64,000 nucleotides of DNA from Anthoceros angustus (lineage: Eukaryota > Plantae > Anthocerotophyta), in the NCBI GenBank assembly GCA_010909165.1, contig VJWM01000287.1:62001-126000 (forward strand). Reading direction: 5' to 3'. The first letter of the stretch is position 1; each line of letters opens with the position of its first letter. Below, in pieces: positions 53,771 to 64,000 of the stretch. Under the pieces are notes generated by a model. It searched no databases, was not told the origin of the DNA, and saw only the letters and a program-made list of their open reading frames with translations. A program made the position numbers and the translations under genes.

Positions 53771-56281
53771 TTAATTCAAATCGCCTTTGGTAGAGAGAGA
53801 ACGGCGCGCCAGAGGAGAGTGTTTAGGGTTTGCTGGCCTATATAAATGGCTTCTCCAAAGCGGAGGTCTTTTGCATTGTCTTTTGGAGGCCGAGGTGGTC
53901 TCCGTCCAAGCTGTGCGTTGTCGCCTTTTTAGTGGCCAAGGTCTTCCTCCTCTGCTTCCTGGTGTCTCAGAGCCAGAGGGCCATGGCCTATGCCTTGTGC
54001 ATTTCCTCCGTGCTCAAGTCCATGAGTTGTCTAGTTCTAGTTTCGGGCCAAAGTGATTTCGCTCTCCAAGGCTTAGTTTTTGTAGCCTTCTTTGAAGGCC
54101 AAGGTGTTCTAGGCTTCTAGGCTTCTAGGCTTTGTTGGCCAAGGTTTTTGTCCTTCGAAGGCTAAGGTTTCCCTTTCGCTCAAAGGCCAAGGTCTCGTGA
54201 TTGTTTCTTCAAGGCCAAGGTGTTGCTGGTGTTGGTTCTTTCAAGGCCAAGGGTTTGCTCCCGAAGGTCACGTGTCCTTGCCCGCCAAGCTTGTTGCTTA
54301 GTCCGGCGCAAGGTTGATTGGCACAAGGCCGAGGTTTCGAAAGGTTAAGGCCCTGCCTTCTTTGAAGTCGCTGCCCATTTGCGCTTACGTCGTTGTTTCG
54401 CCTATTGTTTCTTTCTTTGTTGTTTTGTGCGGTTTTGGTGTTGTTTTTACACGGTGGTGTTCTCGGCCCTGTATGGTCGGGTTTTTGTCTGGTTTCGGTT
54501 TAAGTGTTTTTCTACCTCCACGTGGCTTTTTGTATCGCTTTTTTGATCTCGTGATGTTGTTTTGTCCGCGATTCCTAAATCATAGGAATGACTACTTTGC
54601 TATGATGGTATTTGGTTTACGTCGCCGATACCCGTTGCTAGTTGATTTCGTCGAGGTTGTTTTGTTTATTTTGTTTTGTGTTGATGCGGCCGATGGAGTC
54701 TGCGTGAAAACGGCGATTGTCTCTGCTTTTGAGCCTTCATTCTATTGTTGCATCTAGTTGAAGGTTGTCATGTCTGTTCCATGAGTCATTCTTGCGTTCT
54801 TTTGACCTTCTCTTAACGGTCGTTTCTGGTTGATTGTTGGAACTGACCTTTTCTCTGTTCGCTTGTTGTCGTGTGGTCATGGCTTGCATCGCACCGCTTG
54901 TTTTCTTGTCTCATGATTTGGTGTTCTTGTTTTTGTCGTGACGTTGCTATGTGTGTCGTTTAAAGCTTAACTTTGTGTGTATAAGCTTGGTTCTGCCGAT
55001 TTCGCTTTGTACTTTCTCTTGTTGACTTTTTGTTGACGCCATCGGATTGTGTCTGTCGTTTTTGAAATCGACCAGATTCTCGGTCGAGAGGTTTGCTTCG
55101 TTGTTACTTCCAAGTTTTGTTTAGGTCTGTTATGCGATTTTCACCTTTCACCGCTTGTTTTCACCTTCAGAACGCTGCTATAACTTGTTTGTTTGAAGTG
55201 ACTTTTTGTCTCTCGCTTGATGCGGTTCCATGTGTTTTGTTTTTGTCACGCCATTTGTCTCTCAGCTTAGTCTCGACTTCGTATTTGCTTCACATCGTAA
55301 TTCTTTGTTGTTTTGTTTTTCAGCCTTAATATGTGTTTGTGACTCAAAGGTGTATAAGTTTTCGGTCCCCGATGGTTTGCTTTCCTCGTGTTCTTACTCT
55401 CTCACTGCTTTTGATGCTCATGTTTTCCTATGTGGACATATTTGGATTTTGTTTGGTACAATGAACCTTTGTTTAGTAATCGTCTTTATAGATGTCTGCT
55501 TTTGAAAAATGTCACTAGATTCTCTTGAGTTGTATTAGTTTTTCATTGTCTTTGTTCTTGATGTGAAGTAATTTCAAGATTTTCTAATAAGATGTTGTTG
55601 GTAAATGTGGTGTCAACGCTGCATTGTCTTGTATTTTACATTTATCATTTGCAATCATGTAATGCTTATCGTTGTTTGTTTTAAGCCGCAGCGTGCATTC
55701 TTGTTCTTATTTGTTTTTTTTGCGGACAAGCGGGAGGAAATTTGTCCATGGTGTAACCTTGATCCGTATGTCAACTTTACGTTAGAGATGATCTTTTGAT
55801 ATGTTTGTGCATATGCCTTCGTGTCAAGTTTGCTTTGCTACCACTTTTAAGTTATCTAATCCATCAAATTGTGTGTAGGCATGCTATCGTGGTGAAGGGT
55901 TGGCTCGCCAACGCTTCTACTGGTCCGTCTGTGAATGATAACCTTCAGTCCATTGAATCTCCTAGTATGCGTCTCAGTGTTGTAATCGCCTAACATTTTT
56001 GTTGTTTTGTTATTATTGGCAAAAGGGTCTAATTTGAAGTATGTGGGTTTTTGGGAAAGGAGTTTTCTTCTCACTAACATAAAGTGGAGGATCAAATTTA
56101 ACAATGTGTAGATTCAATGAATGTTCTGCTATCCCCACACCCTCTTCGTCTTAAATTGTTTTATAATCATCTGTTAGACCCTTCAGAAGTTCATTTGAAG
56201 TTCAACACCACGTAAGTGTGTTTTTGTTGTGGTTTTGTTCTTTAGGTTGTGTTCCTTGTCCACTCTAATGCTTGGCTTGCG

Positions 56282-59200
56282 ATGGCACCCAAAAGAAACC
56301 CACTGGGCCTTCGACGGAAAGAAGCAAGGGTCCTGGCCAAGTCATGGCTAAGCCGTACACTGCAGCAGGTCAAGTCACCGTTCTCCACATCGCAACTCAT
56401 CCACCGCAGGATGATGGTAAAGTTGATGGTGTCTTGGTGCAGTGAAGGAACATATTTAGTTCCAAAAAGGCATTCCTAAACCGCCAAGGCACTTCTCATC
56501 CAAGAAGGATGCTCGACGTGCGGTGAGTTTGTCGAGAAGAGGAGAAGGGTGACACTGAATGTGGCATTGGTTGAAGGTCCTCTTGCGAGATTACTAACTA
56601 TGTCCCAAAGGTCGAGAGAGGGGTCCAGCTTGTGGGGAGAATGATTTCTTGATAACCGACGATCCCATGGTTGTGAGCCGCCAAAGCCTCGAGTCTAGAG
56701 ATTTGTGTGTGGTTGAACAGATGCTTTACGCGCTTTTCCATGCTGCTGTGGTTCCCGACCGAGTCATCCCCGATCAAGAAGTGCTCGATATGTTTGAGAG
56801 GCTAAAGTGTGTGGTCCCAAGATGACTTTGCCATGGGTATGGAGGAAATTGATGATGAAGAAATTTTCAGAGAGCAGGGATTTGACCCGTACCCCTGAGG
56901 GAGCTGTGAATGATGCTTTGAGTGGTGGGAGGATAGGTCAAACGCGTAATAACCGTGTCAAGTCGCCTGGCCTTTATGAAAGTGAGTGGGGTGGGATGGG
57001 ATATCGCTGTTGAGGATATTCACAAGGATCTAAATCTTATTCGATACCTTTTTCCATCAAGTTCGAATCAAGGACAACAGGAGATTTTCTCCGTAAACGT
57101 AAGTAGTGATGTTTTCTTACTTGTTGATTTTGATAGTTCGACTTTCCTTTCACATGATGATTCGATCTTCACTTGTGCGGTGATGTCTTTCTTTCGTGGG
57201 TTTAACCGATTTTAACAAGGAAGTGCATCTGAACCAAAGCCGCTTGGTTCGATGTTCCTTGATCAACATGTTTCATGGAATTTTCCATGGGTCCTGTGCG
57301 GTTGCGTCCATGAAAATCAAGGACCTTGGGATTGTGTCATGTCGAAAAGAGGTGAAGTTGATTTCGATGATGATGGCGATTCTTTCACACGTAGATCATC
57401 AATGCTCATTTGGGGCTAAAAGGTAATATTGTTGGTTTTGGGGTGCACTTTGATTGTTCATTTATGGTCTCTTAAACACAGGCCTTATGCTTATATTGTT
57501 TGCGTGCATTTTTGCATGACCAGTTTGGAGTTCGAGGTGGTGAAGAGTTACATAACTCGCTCATTAGGGACTTCTCATTTGCATCAGATTCAAAGCGGAC
57601 CTTTTGTTCAAGAGGTGTAGTCTTTTGTTTTCTTGTTTGTTTTGATGACAGATTGAGCTGCCTTCATTTGCGGTATGAAGAACGATTCAAAAATTACAAA
57701 GTGGATATGAAGAATTACCAGTGAGCATTTCCAAAAAGGTCAAGATCTACGAAAAGGATGTTATCGAAACTTTTAAAGTCAAGTATTGATCACTCTCCCA
57801 AGTGGTCGCATACGACAAGAATTTGTCAATTCGGGGTTTCTCTTCAATTCAACCATTGATAACCCAAGATCAATGTAAGTTTTTGGTTTATTGGGCTTGA
57901 GTTTTGTGGTTTGTATTTACTAACTGCTTGTTTTTGTTGGCTTGGTATGCAAAACTTCGTGTTTCAAAAGGAATGTCAAGGTTTATGAAGACCATGGTCA
58001 AGCAACCGGGCTTGTTGGCTATTACACCAATAAGAGCTGCCGTGTAACGATGATTACACGCTTGACGATGGCTGTGTGCCCTCCGATGCCGGGAGAAGTG
58101 ACCGCCATAAAACGGATGCCGGATTTTCAAGGTAATATGTTGAAAGCTTGTGACATTTGAGTCTTTGTATGCTGTTCCTAACGTTCTCATATGGTGATAT
58201 GACCGTCGTCAAGCAAAAAAGCAGAAGAGTTCTTGTTCTCGTGAACGACGATCTTATCGTGAGCTTTTAAATGAAGAACTCAATCGGATGCGTGATGATT
58301 TAAGGGTGTTCTTCCGTCATCAGGTTGAATGTAACTCAAATAGTATTTTAGTCACCAAGATCGTTGCAAGTGCAACACGTTAGTAATGTGTTTGAGATTT
58401 GTATCAAGTATGTAGGGACTTGTGTCAAAATCGTGTCCCGACTTGTTGATTTGTCGTCCCGTTACCTCTATTCATCATGAAAGGCACGAACAATGTTGAC
58501 CGAATCGAGTTTTTCCGCACCATGTGGTCCACTGTGTCTTGAAGTTCGTTGGTATTGTGAAGTTGCTTTGTTGTAGCCATGTTAGTTTTTTTTTAATCAT
58601 ACTTGGTTTTTGTTTTTTGGCGCCTCCCGAAAGTGCCAAGGCATCCAGATGGATAATAGCACCAACCGGGTGTTCTAGTGAAATTCCATATGTTGACAAG
58701 GTTGATTCTTGCTTTGTTTGTTGTTTTCATTCATTTTGGAGTTTCGATTGTGTTCTTCTTGGCGATTGTGAATCCTTCGACTAGTGTAGTGGAGCTTCGT
58801 CCCTCATTTCAACATTGATACACCGAGTGGATGCGGGCCCTCCGTTGGAGGGCATTGTGCAGAGTGAGTGTGATCACCATCCGGTTAACCAGATGTAAAT
58901 GTGGTGGTAGCACCTCGATATATTGCTTGACCAAAATGGAAATGGAAGTGGCTTTGAATTGCCGAGATCTCCCGAGAACGGAATTGGAGAATGACAAATT
59001 GAAACAGGAAATGGAGTTTCAGCAAAAGGATTTGGAGGCACTTATAGAGAGACAGAGGAAAAGGCTTGAATTACGAGTCTCTAAGCAAAGAGAGAAAGCC
59101 CTTGAGATTCGAGGCGAGAAATGCGGAGAGGAGACAAGAGCATATTAAGCATCAAGAGAAGGGCAGCAGAAAAGAGCAGCAAGAGGTTCGGAGATTGGAA

Positions 59201-59650
59201 AGACAACAGGAGCGTAAGGATGTGCCTCGAGATATTTCAAGCTATCTCGCGAAAATCTGGATTGGTAAGCTTTATGCTTTTATTAATCGTTTACTAGATT
59301 GAAAATTAATGGTTGTGTTGTTTTAGGTTGTGACCTTGCGAAGATGGTCAATTTCGCCCAAGTCCTCGCCTTCATCAATTGGTTGCCAATTATGATAATG
59401 CCGTAAGTACCAATCAAGCCAAGTGGTCGTGAAAATTACATTTTCAATAATATATAAATTTCCCAAAATAAGGTGAGTATCAATGTTTTTTATTTTTAGT
59501 GTTTACTAGTAGCAGCGTAATTACGGTTTGGGTGCTAATTTTGGTTTTGTTTGTAGGTTTTGTTGAAGCAGTTCACTCTATCGGTATTTACTCTTCATTA
59601 GTTGAATTGTATTTCATGCACCGATATACAGAAACTCGCAAAGAAAAGGG
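56282..59650 (+). pseudogene. Orphan multi-exon gene of element B, homologous to 38040-39193, with extra 3' coiled-coil exons
   Basis: MAPKRNP.. homolog; later ELENDKLKQEMEFQQKDLEALIERQRKRLEL (58831-59302) is predicted coiled coil; frameshifted. Confidence 0.5.
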
Positions 59651-59966
59651 TTCTTTGTTGGTTTTTGTATATCCCGGATCCGCATGAATATTATTTAACA
59701 GAAAATGTTTTTGTATTAGCGATTTTGGTGGGATTTCTAGAATGAGCTTCTAGACGACCGGTATTCACTTGGTCGCCATGTTTTCTACTCTAGTGCTCGC
59801 TTTTCCACCTTGATGGTAGATCATATTCACCCCACTTGGCATGTTTTCTACTATAGTGTAATGAATTTTACTATCTGGTAAAATAATGGCCAAAAGGCCG
59901 ATTCTCTCTCTAAAATTTCACTGACTCAAAAACTATCGGCCGAGGCCCCAGAGCAGCGACTTTACG

Positions 59967-61775
59967 CTGAGAAGAATGACCCAGTAATGCAATTCCTGCG
60001 GCACAATCAAGACCACGAGCCAAACTGACCCCAATGTCGTTCGGCCTCTCACCGCGATCAAGACTTTTGACCGTGTCTTGTCACCGAGGGTGTCCGTGAG
60101 GAACTGCGGAGTTGAGAAACAATGATGGGTACATTGTGTTCCACAAGGTTACACACCAAATTTGTTTAGAAGGAGTGAGGCAAACTGCTAGTGGAGCTAA
60201 AGCGGGGCTTGACTTCCGGTCGCCACCCATTGGCGCCCAGGCGGGGTGCATCCGCCCGGGATACTCACGATGGCGTGGGGTGCATGTGGACGTACCGGTA
60301 GTAAATGCATCTGCGGTTCGAAACCACCGGTTCATCTGCGCGAAGCAATTACGGTGAGAAGCAACCAACAAGGGCATCGCAAGGATGCGGCCGGCAATGG
60401 AGAAGATGGTATGCTTACTACTAATGCAAATCTTGGGAAACAACCCGGTGATGCATACTGCTGCTTGAAACAATCACTTTGCTTAAGCATCCAGAATAAA
60501 GGTTACGCAAAGGTTTAGCGTTGGCTAATGATGTAGGTCATGGCGGTGAGCCGAGCATTCGTCCCATCATGTCTGCACCGTGATGTGTGCCAGCAGGACG
60601 ACCGGGTTTTGAGGCGGGGCGGCGGACTTGGTGACCCCCATCGCAACTCCTCCATGACAAAGGGAAGGCCTAACCGGAGCTGAGGACACTAGGGATGCCA
60701 GTGAGACAATGAGGCATTTCGGATGGTATTTTGCGAGACGGTGGGAAGGCATCGGGATCTGAAGGTGGCTCTCTGAGACGAGAGGAGAATTGGCAGGCCC
60801 GGTGAAGAAGGCGATCTCGGTTAGTCCCATCCGTGATTGCTCACGAGTCAAGCAGTGTGTTGGATCGTGAAGGGGTAAGCGAGTCCCCACCGTGGAAATA
60901 CATGAGGAAGGAAGAGAGAAGTGCTTTTGTTGGCAAGCAGTTAGGACAAGGGTGCATGACAATGGGAAAGCCAAGAAGTCAAAGAAACAAGGGAAGCCCC
61001 GGTGGAGAGAACAAAGAAGAAAGGAGGATGAACCGCTGCGGGTTTGTGGAGAAAGCTAGGGCTCAGCGATAACAGACTTCTTTGCAATAGGCGGATGCCG
61101 GCGGACGTAGAAAGGGACGGTGTGCTATCAAAGTTTGAGTCTACTTTGAAACTGCCAATCAAGTGTTGCAAACCCCGAGGAGCGTGAGGCGTGGTGAGGA
61201 AACTAGATCTCGCTTGGGTGGAGGCTTTGATGCAAAAGATGAAACACTGCCCTGGGTGGTTGTGTCGCCAATGGTTGTGATAGTCGATCCTTCAGTACAA
61301 AGAATTTGGACGTTGAGAAGGTGGACCAAGGTGTACAAGTCTTTCGCCTTGGGGGTAATCATTCTTTCCGTGCAAGGTCCGTCTGCCTCATCTGTACCAT
61401 CAAGAGTACAAGTGGATGGATGCATATGTCCTAGCTGGACTCACGGAGGACGAGATGAGGATTGTAGCTGACCACAACACGATCGCAGATGCAAGAAAGA
61501 CATTTACTTTCATGGACCGAGTACGTTACATTAGAAGTGAGTTGCTATCTAGGAGGTCGAAGGTTTGAAGTGCGACGAAGGTTGGAAGTCCGGATGTGTA
61601 TGCGCTGGCAAGATCCCAAAGTGGGATGCAACAAAGCATGGCCCCAAGGTATGTGATTACAGTGCTTGTGGACAACAACACCTTTGGATCACTGTGGCAA
61701 AAGTTGATGAAGAAGTCTGGAGGTATGTGGACTAGATATTTGAGAAGTGGGAAAGTGATGCCTATGAGAGACCTT
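59967..61775 (+). pseudogene. ParB-like domain region of the element-2 cargo gene, cut off by element 3
   Basis: Across 1-nt shifts: VRKLDLAWVEALMQKM..SPMVVIVDPS..LGGNHSFRAR..YKWMDAYVLAGLTEDEMRIVADHNTIADARKTFTFMDRV..IFEKW. Collinear with the ParB-like region at ~26450-27100. Confidence 0.75.
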
Positions 61776-64000
61776 AACACGATAATTTTTAAGGGGTGAA
61801 TAATCTCAAGGGGTTTTCCGCAAATAATCTCCTCAAGGGGTTTTGATGGGCCCTAAAATGCTTTGAAGGCATTGCGAAAACACCAAAAAAAAGGTGTCAC
61901 CCAAGAAAGTTACTACTTTCCATCCAAAGAATGTTTGTCGAATGGTGGTCGCAAACTCAACCTAGGGAATGATGCAAAGTAGGAACGGTGAGGAAGGCTG
62001 CACGGGCAAGTGACGATCAGAACTCGCTTTTGGATGGAAATGTGGTTTTGTTATGACACCACAAAAGCCACTATGTGTATTTCCTAACATGTAAACATCA
62101 AGAACCTGGACTTACAACATTAACTCGGGACCCCGAAAAACGAGATTTCGCCACTCATCCCCGTAGTTCAATCCATCGTCATCACTTGGTCCAAATTTCC
62201 TCCATTGTCATCACTATCTTCAGCGACACTTTCACCGCAGTTGTATGAAGCGCAACTCGCAGAGCTTATCCCTTATCGCTTTTTGTCCACCGCATACATG
62301 TTTCCGATGCTCAACACAAACCCATAATACAGTGATGACTGCTTCATCTACAAATACCTCTCAGATGTTTTTAGGTAATGGATCTTATTCCCTTTTTCCC
62401 AAGATTGGACCGATGGGTTACCACCGCGACTATGTGTTCCCATATCTCCTTCATACGCATCTATGTGCTCGGTCCGATACTAGTGGATAAGAAAGTGAGG
62501 TCGTGGTGCGTTTAGCTTCAATGACCTCCCAATCCGAGAATGGCTGTTATGCATGTCCGTATTGCGGCCTTTGCCGGAAACATCCCTCTCGGTTCCGTTA
62601 TGTCCCCATTCATCGTGCCATTTCCATGATTGCCTTCCCGCATTTTGATATGCCCCCAAATACATATCACGTGGGAGGTCCCTCAATAATGCCTCATCTA
62701 GCAAAGCTTCATCGGCACTTGAAGTGGTCAGTGTATGATCCACTTACGCGTGAAAACCACTTCCAAGGACGTAGCACTAGCCCAATGTTATTCTCCACAA
62801 TGATAGCAATCTCCTTCCGGTCCAGCTTCCCACCACTTATACTCTTCAGCGTCACCTATGGATGCAAATCTTTTAACCCTTCACCGCAAATGGGCCACAC
62901 CTTCCATCGGTGATAGGATACACCGTTCCTTCTTGTCCCCTAGCTTCACCTATGCATGGGATGGTGCTAAGGGAGGCGCCGTCGCGCCCTCCCCATGCCA
63001 CTGCTCATGGGCGCCCGTGCGGCGCGCCTCCCCTAACACCACCGCCCATGGGCGGTAGGCAGTGCCTCCCCTAACACACCTACCCATGGGCCGGTGGCCC
63101 TAACACGCCACCTGCCCATGGGCGGTGGCGCCCTCCCCTGCCCATGGGCGCCACGTCCTCCTAACACCGCCCATGGGCGCCCGTGAGGCGCCCTCCTAGC
63201 ACCACCACATGGGCGGTGGCGCCACGCCGTCCTTGGGCGCCCGGCCCTAACACGCCATGCCTTGCCCATGGGCCGGCCGGTGCGCCCTCCCCTAACACAC
63301 CCTACCCATGGCGAAGCCCGGCCGGCGGCTTCCTCCTCAAGGCATCTTCGGAAAATAAATATTTAGCGCCTCAAGTATATCAACCATGGATTGCGTGGCG
63401 CGGGGAAGGCAGCGGCGGGTGCGGGGGAAGCGGCGGATTGGGGCGGCACCGGATTGGGCCAGGCTAGCTGAGGCGAGGCTGGCGAAACGCAGGCGTCGGC
63501 GGATTCATGCTACGGCTGGTAGAAGCGGCGAGCAGGCGTGGGGCGGTCGGCGGTGGCTGCGGCTGGGGCTGCGAGCTCGAGCCGGCGGACCGCAGGCGTG
63601 GGGCAGTTCCCGATGGATTGCCAGCGGCCGGTTCATTGCTGCGGGTTGACGGCGAACGCGAGCGCGGGCGCCCTCGCGCCTCGGCTTCCGGGCGAGGCCG
63701 AGGCGGGCCCGGCTCCGAGTCCTTCCGCGCCCGCGGGCAATACGGCCTCCGGCTGGCCGGAGATGCGATCAGCAACCCCGACTCGATCGCCCAGCGCTTC
63801 GCGTGCGTGCCCTTCGGGCTCGGCAAGCTAAAAACGTGACCGAGCCAAACCGCCCGGCTTTGAAACCTGACCGTGGTATAGCGCCTGCTTAGTAACCGCC
63901 CGACCAGCCCGGCGCGTTTCGCGGCCGTCAGGTTTTCAGTTTTGGTTTTGGCCGCCAGGCCCTGCGGTAGCGAGGCGGAGGCTCGCGCCAGCGCCAGCGG
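61776..64000 (-). mobile_element. Third Sola-like element (inverted): TIR plus transposase C-terminus; continues beyond the window
   Basis: AACACGATAATTTTTAAGGGG at 61776 resembles the TIR AACA(TG/CC)ATAATATTTGAAGGGG. Minus strand ~62170-62970 encodes EGVAHLR..AEEYKWW..EIAIIVENNIGLVL..WKW and EHIDAYEG, matching EGVDHLR..AEEGEWW..EIATIVDNNIGLVL..WKW and EHTDAYEG of element 1. Confidence 0.75.

Larger units (their letters stand above)
47239..59966 (+). mobile_element. Unclassified element 'B' with two divergent orphan multi-exon genes; left junction triplicated (47239, ~47456, 47994); no TSD
   Basis: Ends shared with element A. Internal tandem duplications at 48161-49345 and 51122-53770. No transposase, Rep/helicase or RT motifs recognised. 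Confidence 0.6.

Noticed and set aside
37153-59966. One giant element with multi-kb terminal inverted repeats
   Set aside because: The arms are strongly diverged and each has both of its own ends and its own rejoinable flanks, so two independent insertions fit better.
44740-62970. Transposase fragments at 44.7-46.2 kb and 62.2-63 kb as one split gene
   Set aside because: Both are on the minus strand but in the wrong N-to-C order for a single gene.
1-64000. rRNA, tRNA or telomeric arrays
   Set aside because: None recognised; the taggtttgg motifs near 42700 and 52350-53720 are dispersed, not TTTAGGG tandem arrays.

Overview
This is eukaryotic plant DNA. Short GT-AG introns, plant EG16/PPO/thaumatin genes and a GC-rich genic island suggest a seed-free land plant such as a hornwort or lycophyte (inference). 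The left part (1-17 kb) is a gene island. It holds a decayed MULE/SWIM transposase, a polyphenol-oxidase remnant and an intact 6-exon secreted PMEI-like + tandem GH16(EG16) gene whose first GH16 lacks the catalytic glutamates. It also holds a TTAA-flanked piggyBac-like MITE with a 32-bp minisatellite, an intact 4-exon helical-bundle/U-box/TPR/SPRY gene and a thaumatin-like pseudogene. The right part (17-64 kb) is a nest of transposons. The main discovery is a 13.3-kb DNA transposon (22985-36312) with 33-bp TIRs and a TACA 4-bp target-site duplication. It encodes a Sola-like DDD transposase and, divergently, a ParB-like domain joined to a prokaryote-type beta-class N6-adenine/N4-cytosine DNA methyltransferase. 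A second, nested remnant shows the same divergent transposase + ParB pair, and a third shows a related TIR plus transposase end. Two inverted copies of an unclassified TSD-less element with orphan multi-exon genes are also present. The repeat region has many kb-scale tandem duplications and 1-nt losses at CAG/CTG. These look like long-read errors at methylated CHG sites, so many 'frameshifts' there may not be real. All domain calls are motif recognition by eye; no searches were run.
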